A stretch of 64,000 bases of DNA, taken from assembly GCA_964016885.1 (NCBI GenBank), contig OZ024744.1, positions 49,476,001 through 49,540,000 on the forward strand, written 5' to 3'. Of the stretch, positions 1 through 13,749 are shown one piece after another. The notes under the pieces were generated by a model, which was not told the DNA's origin, ran no database searches, and saw nothing but the letters and a program-made list of their open reading frames with translations. The position numbers and the translations under genes are program-made. This stretch comes from Eledone cirrhosa (Eukaryota). How positions within the stretch are numbered: the stretch's first letter is position 1; each line of letters opens with the position of its first letter.

Positions 1-485
1 GTCGAACATCTGTTGTTGCATGTAGAACAAATCCAGTTATCAACCGAGTCCATTGTGAAGGTTGTCCCGCCGCCTCTTTTAGTTACGAAGAGCAGGCTGT
101 TTTTATCTGTCTTGTGGCCATAGCAAAAGAAGTTGTATGGTGGACATGATGGAAAGGGTTGAAGACAAGCACATTCCTCTTTGGCGAGGCCCTGATTAAC
201 TTCTTCAGGTTTCACTTGAAGAGGAAAATCAGGGTGGAAAGAGAAGTGCTTCCTTAAAAAGCAATTTGTTGAAAGGTGGGTGAGAGAAGCAAGCATGGCC
301 CCACTCTGAGTGTGAGCCTGTAGATTGAAAGAGAACAACTGGGACAAGGCATTTACCCTAGAGATCGTTAACATTGTTAACATTCATTTACATGCAAAAC
401 CCACACACCAACATACACTCTATGTTTCATCCTGTACTGTCATGTTTTTCTTGATGTATACCTTTTGTGGTTAATAAAGAATCCA
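1..485 (+). mobile_element. Probable L1/Tx1-like non-LTR 3' end (decayed)
   Basis: Frame 1 reads VEHLLLH...FICLVAIAKEVVWWT*WKG, resembling Tx1-type ORF2 C-termini; AATAAA at ~473. Resemblance only. Confidence 0.4.
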
Positions 486-486
486 T

Positions 487-1818
487 TATTATTATTATTA
501 TTATCATTATTATTGTTGTTGTGGTTGTTTTTCCTTTTCCTTCAGTATTGTTTCCGTTTATTGCCGAGTGTCTTCCTGACACCTAGGGCAAATAAAGTCA
601 CTGTAAGCCAGTTAACATATCATATTGATTATATATATATATAGAGAAAGAGAGAGAGACAGAGAGCTATACACATACATATACATACACACACATCCAT
701 ATATATACACATTCATACACACACATACACATATACAGACAAATATACATATATACACGCACACATATATACAAGTACATACATACATCTCATACATATA
801 TATATATAGATATACATACACATATGTATACATACATATTAATAAAAGATATCCATGCACACACACACTCATCCACACATACATATAAGGAGGGATATCA
901 TTCTTACAGAGATAGTGCTCTACTCACACACACATCCTCACAAGGAAGGATATCATTCTCACAGAGATAGTGCTCTTCTCAATACGTGTGCAGTACCAGT
1001 CAAAATATGTTTGGCACCTCTTGCAGAGAGGGTAAACCAGGAATCATTCTCAAATATTGTTCTGTTCCTTTCTTGATCATTCCCAGTCCTCCCACAACCA
1101 CTGGTATTGTAATGACCTTGAGGTGCCACATTTTCTCAATTTCAAAAATTATATTTTCTTAGCTTGTCAAATTCTTTTGCCGCGATATTGTGATCACATG
1201 GGATGCTTATATCACTCAGTAAACAGACCTTGCTATGTTGATCTTTTACCATGATATGTGGTCTATTAACTTTTATGGTCCGGTCAGTATGTACAGGAAA
1301 GTCCCAGAGAATTGTTACTTTTTCTCCTTCAGTTACAGCCTCAGGGTGATGATTGTACCACTTGTCAGTAGCTTTGATTTTATAATGCCGACATATTACC
1401 CAGTGTAGATATTGGCCAACTCTGTCATGTCTATATTTGTACTCTACTGGGGCTAAAACTTTACATCCAGAAACTAGGTGGTCCACTGTTTTAACCTCAA
1501 CATTGCAGAATCGGCACTTTGGTTTTACTCCATTTCTCATCACATTAGCCTGGTAATTCCATGTCAGTAAGCTTTGATCTTGGGCAGCTAAGATGAAGCC
1601 TTCGCTCTTTGCTTTTAGCCCTGAGCTATGTAGCCACTGATGGGTGTGCTTTTGGTCAACATCAGCTTGTTTGCTACTGGCCACATATTTGCCATGCAGA
1701 GGTTTCTGTTCCCACTTTGATGCTAATTGCTCGCCCTTTTGCTTTTGCCATTAATTTTATATGCTTAGCAGCATCTGTTGCAACAGTTTCCTTTATCTGT
1801 CCAGCCTGAGTATCCAGC
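487..1818 (-). mobile_element. R4/Dong-clade non-LTR 3' part (CCHC + restriction-like endonuclease)
   Basis: ORF 1142-1684: EGFILAAQDQSL, CRFC..DHLVSGC, RHDRV, ILWDFPVHTD, NRPHI. Ends GTAHVLRRAL*, then AATAAA and a (CAA)/(TAA)n tail at ~487-520; the 3' UTR is split by a microsatellite at ~627-886. Confidence 0.85.
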
Positions 1819-1820
1819 AT

Positions 1821-2000
1821 GAGATCGGTAGCATTGACGCCATGCTTTGCAGCATAGAGTTACACCCCTTTCTGTTCTGAGTTCTAATCCCGCTGAGGTT
1901 AATTTTGCCTTTCATCCTTACGGGGCTGATAAAATAAAGTACCAGTAATGCACTGGGATAATTACAGGCCTTGTTTCAAAAGTAGAAACAATTATTATTA
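1821..2000 (+). mobile_element. tRNA-derived SINE, family A
   Basis: Box B-like GAGTTCTAATCC, body CCTTTCATCCTTACGGGG..GATAAAATAAAGTACCAG and tail GTAGAAACAATTATT, shared with 7 or more copies in the window. Confidence 0.8.
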
Positions 2001-2004
2001 ATAT

Positions 2005-5000
2005 AGTATTATTCTTTGAGTCTCAGTCATTGATGTTATTTAATTGGAAAGTTTGTTCAAATGAACATCAAGCCATTACCTGCAGCCTCAGATATTCAGG
2101 ACATATCGGAGGGTTCTTGCTGTTCCCAGCAAGCATGCCTTTTGAAGTGTTCCAAAAAATTGTGCTGGAATAATGCTTTTTTAACCATTCTTGAAAACTC
2201 TTTGACATAGTACCTAGTGCTCCTATGAAAATCAGGATGACCTTGATCTCATGACAGTCCCAAATCCTTTTTAACTCCCACTTTAAATCCTGGTATCGGT
2301 TAATTTTCTCCTTCTCCTTTTCTTGCACTCTTCTGTCAAAGGGGCAGGCTACATCTACAATCAGGCACGATCTTTTTTCCTTATCAAAAACCACCTGGTC
2401 AGGCCTATTGTGTTCTAATTTCTTATGTCTGTATCCGGAAATCCCATAGCACCTTCACTTGACCGTTTTCTATCACAGACTCTGGCTTATACTCATACCA
2501 CTTCTCAGAATCCTCATCCTCATCATCGTTTAACGTCTATATTCCATGCTAGCATGGGTTTAGACGGGAATTGTCCCACGTGTGCAAGATTGGTTGTCTT
2601 GCTTGTATAGGTCTGTCTGGCGGGCTTTTTTTTACGGCTGGATGCCCTTCCTAACACCAACCACGTTTACAGTGTGGACTGGGAGGTTTTTACCATGTTA
2701 CCTACACGGTCACATTACAGGGTGGAATGTGTGTTTTTTTTTTGTCGTGACACATACACAACCTCATTTATTTAGGACTGGATGTTGTGGCACCAACATA
2801 ACTTTAGGTGTAGATGGGGGTGGGGGTAAGGGTAGTGGAATGGAGGTGTATTTTTGGTTAGGAGGTGCCTACTGACTGTAGGTTTTGCTTTGTACTTAGG
2901 CAAGGTGGGTCTTCTGTATTACTGCGTAACGCCAAAGATCTCAGTCCAGTGACATTGTCTTGGAGAGGTTAAGTGTGTAAGGTCGGAATTTATCAAATCG
3001 TCCCAGGTTTTTCTGGATCTACCTACTCCGTAGCTTCCATCTATTTTGATCGCCCAGCACTTTTTTATACAGCTGTCATCTGATGTGGTAAATTATTCAG
3101 CTTGTATAGATGCTAGTGAATCACCTTTCCTATCATATCATGTCTCCAGCCTTTATACTGAGTCTGGGCTAGGTGTTTACACTCAGATATGATGTGAGCC
3201 ACAGTTTCCTCTCTCCACAGATCCTACACAGTGAGCTAGCCTCCTCCTTGTCAATATCGTGTTTCATCCACTTCGTTCTAAGTGCTTGCCCTTGTGCAGC
3301 CATTAGCATTCCTTCTGTAGCTTTTTTAAGGTCTCCTCTTTTTAACCAGCTCCATGTCTGTGGATCTCTGAATTCTGTTTTCTTAAAGAAGGTGCTATGG
3401 AGGGATTTTTCATGAAGGTTGCTCTTCCTCTTTGTTGTTATTTCCTCCTTGGACATCCCCTGATCTATTGTCTTCTCCTTCAGTACAACTTTAACCATTG
3501 GCTCCCTACTGTCAGGCACATATTTGTGCAGGCTGCTTTCCTCCATTTGAACAGAGTCCTCTATGCTGATAAGACTTCTTCCACCTTCAGATCTCTTTAA
3601 GTAGAGTCTATCGACATCACTCCTCTTGTAGAACATGTTGTAGGTAGTCATTATCTTCCTAGTCTTCCTATCCATTTCTTTTTGTTCAGTAACATTCCAT
3701 TTCAGAATTCCTGCACTGTACCTAATAATAGACACAGCTCGGGAATTTACAGCACTTATGACATTCCTACTATTTAGATGTGATTTTAATATGTTCTTTA
3801 CTCTCCTAATGTACTCAGATATTATCAATTCCTTCATTTTATTGTTTTTGATGTCATCTGCCTCCAGAACACCCGGATATTTGTATCCCTCTTCAGTGTC
3901 AATTTCCTTTGGTGCCTGGATTCCGTTGCTCCTGTTGGTGCCTGGATTCCGTTGCTTCTATTCAATTTACCACTCCTCATCACTAGGACTCCACACTTAT
4001 TAACACCCAATTCCATACATATATCATTGCTGAAAATACTGACAGTGTTAACAAGTACATCCAACTCCCTCTCACCTTTTCCAAAGAGTTTTAGATTGTC
4101 CATGAAGAGGAGGTGGTTGATGGTAAGCTCTCCTCTGACCAGCTTGTATCCTGCTCTCACTTTTCGCAATATGAGGTACAAGAGTACGAGGGTAAGGACA
4201 AACAACAAAGAGGACAAACTATCTCCTTGGAAGATACCTCTCTTGATCTTCACGCCTCCCAAGGATTCTTCACCTGATGTTAACTCTGTTTCCCAGGACT
4301 TCATACTTTTACTTAATAGCTGTCTGATGTTGTCTGCCACCTTGAAGACCTCTAGGTGTTTGGTTATCCAGGAATGAGGTACCATGTCAAATGCCTTTTT
4401 TAATCTATACATCCCATAGCAAGACCAGAATGCCTCCTCTTGTAATTCCTTGTTACCATCTTATCAATAAGTAACTGGTCTTTTGTACCATGGGACTTCT
4501 TTCTGTTTGTCCAGTAATAAGTTGTTTATGTGGAGGTGATAGTAGATTTCCTCAGACATAATGCTTGTTAACAGTTTCCACATTACGGACAGAGATGTGA
4601 TAGGCCTATAGTTGGTAACCTCATTACCCTTGAGTTGGTCTTTCATTACCAGAACTGTGGCACCTTTTGTCAACCACTCTGGTACTTCACCCAACACCAA
4701 GCAGTCATTGAACATGGCTGTCAGTTTTGCGTGGAGGGATGTTTTGGTTAGTTTTTTGGCTTGCTTTTTAAGAGTTTCAGCTGTGATACTCAAATCAGGT
4801 TGTTGGTGTGCTTGTTCACTAATCTCCTTTTTTAACTGTCTCAATCCACACTGCCTGACTATTATGTTCAACATCTTGCCCTCATATTCCTCTAGAGAAT
4901 GCCTTAGTCTGTTCAGCTTCAGGGATCACATCGTTACTTCTTTCTTTTCCTTCAAGCTTCTGGTTGTTATCAAACATGCGGTTCTGTCTATACTGACTAA

Positions 5001-5910
5001 CTCTGTTCTCATACCGCCTAATTTTTGCGCTGTTTGCTACAATGCATTGCTTCAGTTCCTCTATGATAACATTTAGCTCATTTCCCTTAGTGTTGTATTT
5101 TATTTTCAATCTATCTTTAGTGTCTATGTTTTGTCATGTCCCATTTAGTAAAGACTCAAGCTTTCCAATGTCTTCTAATTTCCTTGATTTGACCATTCAG
5201 TCGTGTCTTCCAACAAGGCTCTGTTCTTTCTTGTTTGTTGTTTCCTCTCGTTTTTATACCAAGTAATTTTTTCACATTTGCGGTTGCTTTGAGGATACTG
5301 TTGTATTACTGAAGGTTCTTCGCCTCAAGGTATGGGATAACCCTGTTTACCTTAGCTATCGTTTTTTTAAAAACTTTTTTCTGTCTACAAATCTTAGGTT
5401 CATAGGTTTTCCACTATCATTGTTCATTTCATCAACCACTAAGTTCAGAATATAACAAAATTTTGACCTAGCCCATCAGCATTCATTTCTTCAATGGTTG
5501 TATCTTTGTCCCAGATGTGATTTATTCCAGCATTCAGGTCATTGTCTACTTTGGTTGCTTCCTCAGGTCTCTCAACCTCTTCACCCTCATTTCCCACTGG
5601 ATCATTTGCTTGATATACCCCACTCTCCATTTCCAACTCGCTTATCGCTCCATCAGTTCTTATTACATGAGCCTGACTGGCCAATTTTTGTTCTCCTAAT
5701 TTAAATAGACAAAACTCGTTCCAGATGTTATGCTTCCGTTTCTTATAGCCTTTTCCCATGGGGTTACTCTTCAGGTAACATTTCATGACAGTTCTATTCA
5801 ATTCTTTCATCCACTTGGTTCTTGCCCCATTCCTTCTTCTTCCTCCAATACCAGCAGTATTTGGATGACAGCTAGGTCCCTGCTGCTAGACCAGGGAGCA
5901 CTTGCTGGGT
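2005..5910 (-). mobile_element. R4/Dong-clade non-LTR retrotransposon, nearly full length, frameshifted
   Basis: RT pieces NYRPITSL, KKAFDMVPH, RGIFQGDSLS, HLLFMDNLK; ATEGMLMAAQ, CRIC; endonuclease IVDVACPFD..KEKEKINRY. Confidence 0.85.
2510..3081 (-). mobile_element. RTE LINE 3' fragment nested in the R4 element
   Basis: (CAT)-type tail, CCATGCTAGCATGG and GGATGCCCTTCCTAACACCAACC; matches 14599-15190. Confidence 0.85.
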
Positions 5911-6159
5911 GAGGGTCTTTCACATGAAGTTCCAGCCTCCTTTTCACTTTTATTCGAACTGTTTAGGTTCGACATTTATACACTCATATCAAGGATTAGT
6001 GAATTTATGGTTGCACCAACACCAGTGTTTTTAGCGTGACACCATCACGTTTAAAAAAAAATTAAGTTCTGGGGCAAATTATGTGATATTTATCTATCAT
6101 CATTTTTGTGATGTCCTTAATGTTTTCTAAATGTGAACCCTGTTTATAAATCATTATTA

Positions 6160-6495
6160 TTATCTTACGGGGTCGATAAAATAGAGCCCCAGCAATACAC
6201 TGGGGCAATTGCTGGTCCTGTGCCAAAAGCAGAAACAACCACCATTATCGTCAGCATCTACCATTTATGGTTTCAGCACAAATCCTGCCAAGGTCAATTG
6301 CTGGCCCCGCTCCAAAAGCAGAAACAATTATTATTATAATCAGCATCTACCATTTATGGTCTGCGCACAAATCCTGCTGATGTCAACCCTGCTCCTCACC
6401 CCCACAAGGTCTACAAGACAAAGCACCAGCAATTCAGAATGGCACTCGCTGGCCCCTGCACCAAAAGTAGAAACAATCATTATCATCAGCATCAC
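6160..6495 (+). repeat. About 2.5 tandem copies of a ~90-bp unit built on the SINE A 3' tail
   Basis: GCTGG..CCAAAAG(C/T)AGAAACAA..ATCAGCATC recurs at ~6210, ~6300 and ~6448. Confidence 0.6.
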
Positions 6496-6870
6496 GACCA
6501 TCAACATCAACAAATCATTATTTTCATTTTTCAGTGGTAGTGGTGGGGTGGGTGGGTGTCATTGTAATGTTTGAATGTCTGACTTTTTTTGTTTTTCCTT
6601 TTTATTCTAAGGCCAGTAACATCAGTCACTAGTGTTGTTGTTGTTGCTGCTGTTTTTGATTTTAGCTAAGTTAAACTCGTAGCCATAACAACGAGGGAGG
6701 TAGGGGTGTTGCATTAAAAAATTTTGAATTTTGTTTTTCTTTTGATGTTGCCTTTGTTTTTGTCTGTGTTCTGTTGAGTAGCTTTTTGACTCGTTACTTA
6801 TATTTAATATACAAGTTGACATCGTTCCTTAATATTTGAACTAAACATTTTGAGAGAGCTTAGAGATACA

Positions 6871-7052
6871 ACAATAATAATTGTTTCTACTTTTAGCACA
6901 AGGCCAGCAATTATCCAGTACATTACTGGTACTTTATTTTATCGACCCCGTATGGATGAAAGGCAAAGTTAACCTCGGCGGGATTTGAACTCAGATCATA
7001 AAGGGACGTAACTATGCTGGAAAGCATGTCCGAGCCTCTACCGATCGGATTG
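6871..7052 (-). mobile_element. tRNA-derived SINE, family A
   Basis: Reverse complement of the family A sequence, box B GAGTTCAAATCC. Confidence 0.85.
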
Positions 7053-7320
7053 GTGGTGGTGTTAGTGGTGATATTGCCGCTATTTGGCTGTTGTAGTTAG
7101 TGGACGCAGAGGGTTTTTCTTGTAAACATTTTCTTTTTTGAATACAAAATTTTTAACATAAAATTAAATATTTGAGTTATATTCCCAGATATGTGGTCTC
7201 ATTTGTAGAAGGTGAGGGCTGATGCCTTCTGTCTCATTTGCAATAAAAATTATTATATCACAAATGTTTTAAATATTTAAAAAAACAAACTTACGGGAGC
7301 GAATCCATAACAATACATAT

Positions 7321-7495
7321 CTTTGTTGTTGTTGTTGTTGTTGTTGTTATTATTTCTATTATAATTTTTATTGTGCATCATTACTGCTTTACCGAACACA
7401 GCTCTGTGCACCTTGGGTATGAGCAGTGCAGTTTTTGCTGATGTTGTTTCTATTGTATTGATAGTACTTTTCGTAATATGTGTGCAGTGTCTATG
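7321..7495 (-). mobile_element. R4/Dong-like 3' end with (CAA)n tail
   Basis: Minus frame DTAHILRKVLSIQ*, homologous to the R4 C-terminus at ~960-1000. Confidence 0.6.
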
Positions 7496-7518
7496 GTATA
7501 TATATTATTATTATTAAG

Positions 7519-7622
7519 CCAAGGTTGACTTTGCCTTTCATCCTTACGGGGTCAATAAAATAAAGTACCAGTAATGCACTGGGTAATTGCTGGCCTTGTG
7601 CCTAAAGTAGAAACAATTATTA
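7519..7622 (+). mobile_element. SINE A, 5'-truncated
   Basis: Matches the 3' half of family A. Confidence 0.8.
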
Positions 7623-7929
7623 ACTTGTGTGAGACATGGGCATTGAGTGAAGAGGACTTGTGTAGATTGGAAGAAATGAAGCCTGCATGCTCTGGTATGG
7701 ACATGTGATTCATATGAAGGATGACAGCTGTATAAATTAGATCTCTTTTATTCTCTTTGCTGTAACTCAAGTGAATGTTTTCACCTGTTATGGTAATGTG
7801 TTTCTATTTTGTAAAGACAATATCTACTCATAAATTTTTCAAAATATTTATATCTGCATCTACAGATTGATATTTCTCAATTTCAGATCCTGCATAATAG
7901 AAATTGTTTACTTAAACTTTTAATGTGCT

Positions 7930-8125
7930 AATAATAATAATAATTGTTTCTACTTTTGGCACAAAACCAGTAATTACCCCAGTGCATTACTGGTGCTTTA
8001 TTCTGTCGACCCCGTAATGATGAAAGGCAAAGTTAACCGTGGCGGGATTTGAATTCAGAACATAAAGGGCAATAATTCTATGCTGCAAAGCATGGTCTCT
8101 GATGCTCTACTGATACTGCCAATCC
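7930..8125 (-). mobile_element. tRNA-derived SINE, family A
   Basis: Full head GGATTGGCAGTATCAGTAGAG and (TTA)n tail. Confidence 0.85.
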
Positions 8126-8130
8126 ATATG

Positions 8131-8445
8131 TATCATCATCATCATTTCATTTTACGTCCACTTTTCCCTGCTTGCAAGGGTGGGACGGGAACTGATTCTG
8201 GCTTGATTTCTACAGCTGGATGCCCTTCCTAACACCAACCTCATTTACAGTGAGTGCTGGGTGCTTTTTTGCCGTGGCACCTCCACGACCACTTTGCAGT
8301 GGAATGATATGGACCCCAGACCTATCATCTCATTTCTAAATAAAGTGTCTTGCTCAAGGAAACAACACATCACCCGGTCTGAGAATTGAACTCACAACCT
8401 TTCGATTGTAAGGCCAATGCTCTAACCACTAAGCCATGTGCCTTC
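8131..8445 (-). mobile_element. tRNA/CORE-like SINE family B with RTE tail (internal deletion)
   Basis: Box A TGGCTTAGTGG, box B GAGTTCAATTC, core GTTTCCTTGAGCAAGACACTT, RTE-type (GAT)n tail. Confidence 0.85.
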
Positions 8446-8685
8446 ATATGCATGTATGTGTATATATACCAACATATTGTCACCACAATGCAGATAACTA
8501 TAATAATAATTGATAAATTATAAATTATATTTGAACATGTCAGGTAAAGTACCCAAGGAAATTAAAAGAAAGGGGAGAGCAATGTGTGCCTAGTAGCAAA
8601 TCATATCTTTTGTAGAAGATTTAAGCATGAAGCTAGAAGTATAAATAAGATTTTGATGGAGTTAAGAATCAAAGGGACATGTTTG

Positions 8686-9100
8686 AAATAATTCAAGGAG
8701 CTGCTATCTCTGTTGACAACAAAAGGTTTCTTTCTACAAATGAAAGGTTGGCTGTATGATGCCTGCGTGTGAAACTCAATGTTACATGGAATAGAAATAA
8801 ATAAAGGTAGCATGTTTAAATGGCTGTATGATATTAATGTGCATGGATGAGGTGAGAGAGAAACTGGTATGAACATATGGTGTATATGGATGATGGTCAT
8901 TGTATGAAGATATGTGAGAAGTTTCCAGTAGAATGAAACTGCAGTTGTGGCTCCAGCTGATCTCAAGAAACTACACTTCACAGAGGAAATTGCAAAATAA
9001 AAACAAAAACAAGTGGAAGTAGGCTGTGCTGGAAAAGACCCATCCAAATCATGCCAGCATTTAAAAGCAGATATAAAAAGGATCATGATGATGATAATGA
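8686..9100 (+). mobile_element. Old RTE 3' fragment
   Basis: FKELLSLLTTKGF..MKGWLYDAC; ends GATCATGATGATGAT. Confidence 0.65.
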
Positions 9101-9305
9101 ACACAATATATTATATATATTTAAATATTATACACTCACCTCTCCAACAAGGGACTTATCAGAGGTATTTAAAAGTATATATATAGCTTGTATAATCCAT
9201 TTTTACTGGAAGCTTCCGACATACGAACTGGAATAAAAAATAAAATTCTTATTAAATATGGATATTTAAAATAATATGCATACATACATATATACATACA
9301 CACAC

Positions 9306-10800
9306 CAGGGCCACATGGAAATAGTTGCTGAGATGATGAAAGCATCTGGGATGGTAGGACACAACATAACTACCTACATTGTTTACCAAGTAATACAAAA
9401 TGGTGCCATACCTAATGACTGGTATAGCAGCAGTATCGTCAATTGCTACAAGGGCAAAGTTGATGCACTAGACAGAGGGAACTTTCATGGCATCAAACCA
9501 TTGGACGAGGTCATGAAAGTTACAGAAAGAAAGAGTCATTACACAACTGATTAGGGACTGAATTAACCTAAATGAGATGCAATCTGGGTTTGTGCCAGGA
9601 AAAAGTACCATGGAAGCCCTCTTCCTTGTGAGGCAACTGCAAAAGAAGTACCTAGCTAAAAGCAAATCACTCTACTTAGCATTTGTCGACCTAGAGAAAG
9701 GTTTTGTTAGGATCCCCTGTTCTGTAATGTGGTGGGCACTTAGGTGACTAGGAGTAGAAGAGTGGTTAGTGACGGTGGTACAAGCCATGTACAGAGGTAC
9801 TGTCAGCAGGGTTAACATTAATAATGACCATAATGAGGAGTTTACTGTGCAAGTTGGGGCCCACCAAGGCTCTGTCCTTAACCCTCTTCTGTTTATTATC
9901 ATCCTCAAGGCTATAACAGAAGAATTTAAAACAAGATGCCTATGGGAACTCTTGTATGCTGATGATCTAACTCTCACAACTAAATCTATGACAGAACTAG
10001 AGAAAAAAATTCCTGACCTGGAAGAATAACCTAGAAACAAAAGGTCTTAAAGTCAACTTGGCAAAGACCAAAGTTCTAGTAAGTAGTAAGGAGAACAAGG
10101 CCCTAATACCTTCTGGAAAATAACACTGCTCAGTGTGTAGGAAAGGGGTAGATAGAAATTCCATTCTCTGTCCCAAATGCTAGCTATGGGTACACAAGAA
10201 ATGTAGCAGGGTCTCAGGTAGGTTAGCTAAGAATGTAGGTTTATTTGTAGTCATTGCACAGATCCAGTAACAAACACTCACAGGAATCAAGTGCTATCAA
10301 ATTCTTGGAAGGTTCCATAGAAGCAGTTGACAGATTCTGTTACCTGGGTGTCCAAATTAGTAGTGGAGATGGATGCTCTGACAGTAGCCAGAGTGAGAAC
10401 AGGATGGAAAAAGTTCAGAGTGCCACTACTGTTACTAGCCACAAAAGGTTTTTCCCTCAAAATGAAGAGCAGATTATATGATGTATGTATATGAACAGCA
10501 ATATTATATTGTAGTGAAGACATGGGCGGTGTGTACAGAGGACTTGTGTAGATTGGAAGAAATGAAGCCTGCATGCGCTGGTATGGATATGTGATGCGTA
10601 TGAAGGATGACAGCTGTATAAAATGATGCAGGGTACTCAAAGTTGATTGAGGCTATGAAGTAGGAAGACTTAAAAAGACTTGTGATGAGGTAATAAAAGC
10701 TGACCTTGCACAATTGCACCTCTCAAAGGTGACACAGGATGACACAGGATCAAAAACCTTGGCATTTTGCAGTAATACAGAAGACCCATCTAACAATGCA
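9306..10800 (+). mobile_element. Decayed RTE LINE (RT region)
   Basis: EIVAEMMKASG, NCYKGK, VGAHQGSVL, ELLYADDL; many stops and frameshifts. Confidence 0.85.
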
Positions 10801-10894
10801 CATGGGTTGAAATATACATTTAGTATGGTTCGGGCCACAACAGCATTTTAAACACTACTCATCATACATGTCTTGTCACAGTTGATAGGTTCTA

Positions 10895-11936
10895 CAATGC
10901 AGTCAGGATGTGAGGATAACTTGGAGGCTCAATATGCAATAAAGTTTTGTGTCAAGCTCAGCAAGAACGCTGCAGAAACCTATGAAATGGTCAAAACTGC
11001 TTAAGGACTAACTTTCATGAGCCAGGTGACTGTTTTCCACTGGCACAAGAGAGCAGGGAGCAAGTGAGGGATGATGAAAGGTGTGGCAGGGAGAGGGAGA
11101 TGAAGATACCAAAGTTGGTCGACAAAATTCACAAATTTCTGGACAAAGACAGTCGTGCATCTCTTCTGATGATTGCTAAACAATTTGAAGTGGCTGAGGG
11201 CACTGTGTACAGAGTCATTCATGATGATCTGAACATGTACAAAGTTTGTGCAACATTTTTCCCAGGGTGTTCAATGAAGATGTCAGGTTGATGACAGCAG
11301 AGAGATGGTCAAGTGGAATGTTTTGAATCCAAATGTCCTTTAGTCTCTGGTAATCTGTGATGACAGCTGGGTCTACTGTTATGATCCAGAGATCAAGAGA
11401 CTGAGTGCCCTGTAAAAACATTGACTCCCAAAGACCCAAGAAGGCTTGACAAAGCAGGTCCACTAGGAAGCTCATCTTCATCCACTGGGTCCTCCACAGC
11501 CAGACAGTCAAGAAAGAGGACTATGTAGACTATTTGAGGCAATTCAGAACTCTTCAAGTCTGGTTACTGGCACCAGCACCAGAATAATGCACCTACCACA
11601 AATCCATCCTGGTGACCAACTACTTGGCTGATATGGGGGATCATGACTGTCTCTCATCCTCCCTACAATCCAGACTGGATGTTCCCAAAGCTGAGGGAGA
11701 AGCTCAGAGGTATCCACTTTCAGGATGTAGAAGAGATGAAAATGGCTGTGACAAGTACCCTGGACACATTCACTTTGTAGGACTACAAGGAGGCTATCCA
11801 GAAGTGGCTAGAGTGCTACAACAGTAGTGCATTAAAATTGGAGAATTCTACTTTGAGAAAGACTACAGTTTTGTGTTGATCTGAATAAAACAAACGTCTC
11901 TCTGGTAAAAGTCTCAAAACCTCTTGAGTGCATACA
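10895..11936 (+). mobile_element. Mariner transposon relic (transposase pseudogene)
   Basis: QYAIKFCVKLSKNAAETYEMVKTA*; LVICDDSWVYCYDPEIKR (first catalytic D region); HQNNAP. Confidence 0.8.
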
Positions 11937-12059
11937 TACATACATTCAAATATTTTCTATTCATTTCCAGAGTCATGACAAAGTTCCTCCTCCAGCTTTG
12001 CCATGTAAAGTTCCTTTGCCTACCACTCAGTGTCATCTTCAAGAACATCCTTCAGTATT

Positions 12060-12375
12060 TTGATGTCCCAATTTGTCTGCTTACAAAAATGAGTCTATTC
12101 AAAGTAACAGTTGAATCAATTCTTCACTATGGATACAAGTCATGGACATTAACTACAACTCTCACAAAGAAGATCAATGACAAATTCATGCAAATGCTGA
12201 GAAAGATCCAGCACATATCCTAGAAAACACATGTACCAAATAAATCACTCTACGGTTCACACCCTCACCTTTTTGAGGGAGGCTTGCATTAGCCAGACAT
12301 GTGAAACGTCATAATGAACCAGCTGGCAGAGTTCTTATCTGGAAACCAGATATCTGCAGATGACTTGAAAGACAT
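12060..12375 (+). mobile_element. RTE-clade fragment of a different family
   Basis: LFKVTVESILHYGYKSWTLT...MLRKIQHIS*K. Confidence 0.6.
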
Positions 12376-12560
12376 CATCATCAACATCATTATTGTTTAA
12401 TGTCTATTTTTTAGGTTAAAACATAGATTCACACACACATATATATATACATACATATACACACATATACATATATAAATATATACATATATATATACAC
12501 ACATATATATATTTATATATAATAAAGAAGAAATTAAAAGATGGTTAAAAGAGTTGCATA

Positions 12561-12630
12561 TATTTTATTATGCGCATTTCGAATACAAAATCATCCTGGG
12601 ACAAAAATTGTGTCCTCATCAGATAAAATA
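12561..12630 (-). ncRNA. Hammerhead ribozyme (type I, minimal stem III, enlarged stem II)
   Basis: Minus strand UAUUUUAU CUGAUGA [35 nt including a GGACA/UGUCC hairpin] GAAA UGCGCA UA AUAAAAUA: 8-bp stem I, palindromic stem III, AUA site. Confidence 0.65.
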
Positions 12631-12689
12631 AGGTAATATAATATGAGGCATAATACCACTTGTTTACAGGAAAGTGATAAGTCTACATA

Positions 12690-12766
<77 letters not shown>

Positions 12767-13173
12767 TTATATATATATATATATATACACAATTTATATA
12801 TGCAAATCCCATTTCACATTGAATAACAACAAATCAATACCTATACACACACATATATTGATCTCCTCTTTCCAGTATATATAAAAAATTCATCACTGTT
12901 CAATGCACCATGCACATTGTATAAACATAGTGTATATATATATATATGTGTGCGTGTGTGTGCACGTGTACAGAAGTAATTTTTATCAATACAAAATAAT
13001 ATCGAACATATTGGCCAGTGATTGCTCAATGACAAAATAGTTGTGAAAAGAACCCAGTCAGATCATACACACCAGATATTACCAGGGCAAGCAAATCCAA
13101 GGACATGTAAATACACACGCACACACACACACATATATATATGTATATATATATATATATATGTGTATGTATG

Positions 13174-13224
<51 letters not shown>

Positions 13225-13392
13225 ATGTATGTATGTATATATGTATATATATATATATGTATATGTATGTGTATGTGTATGTATATGTATTATTTTTTAT
13301 AATTTTTATAATATATATATGTATATATATATATTATAAAAATTATAAAAAATAAACCAAAGAAGCCTTCAATACATCAAAAGTCTTTATTA

Positions 13393-13430
13393 GCCAACAA
13401 TGTTTCGTCCTATTAAGGACTCATCAGGGC
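13393..13430 (-). ncRNA. Minimal hammerhead ribozyme
   Basis: Exact reverse complement of 13712-13749. Confidence 0.8.
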
Positions 13431-13711
13431 AAGTAAAGCTACAAGAAGCACTATCGGCCAATACAAGCCAAAAACTCAGAAGAATATGGAGTGTACATAC
13501 ATTAAAGCATAGGAAAGATATCAAGGAAAAGTTGGCATTATACAATATTTGCAATGTGGGTTCAACATGTTAATCACTTCCTTGCTATTTGGTCTATATC
13601 TATGTTTGTAACTGCTCACTCTTAATCTTAGCCAACTTTTCCTTGATATCTTTCCTAAGCTTCTGAGTTTTTGTCTTGTATTGGCCGATAGTGCTTCTTT
13701 TAGCATTACTT

Positions 13712-13749
13712 GCCCTGATGAGTCCTTAATAGGACGAAACATTGTTGGC
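13712..13749 (+). ncRNA. Minimal hammerhead ribozyme
   Basis: GCC CUGAUGA GUCCU UAAU AGGAC GAAAC AUU GUU GGC: intact core, 5-bp stem II, predicted cleavage after 13746. Confidence 0.8.

Noticed and set aside
7189-7211. 23-nt micro-exon (CCCAG|...|GTGAGG), with acceptor-like sites at ~6611 and ~7886
   Set aside because: Splice-like signals only; no supportable reading frame or homology. RNA-seq would be needed.
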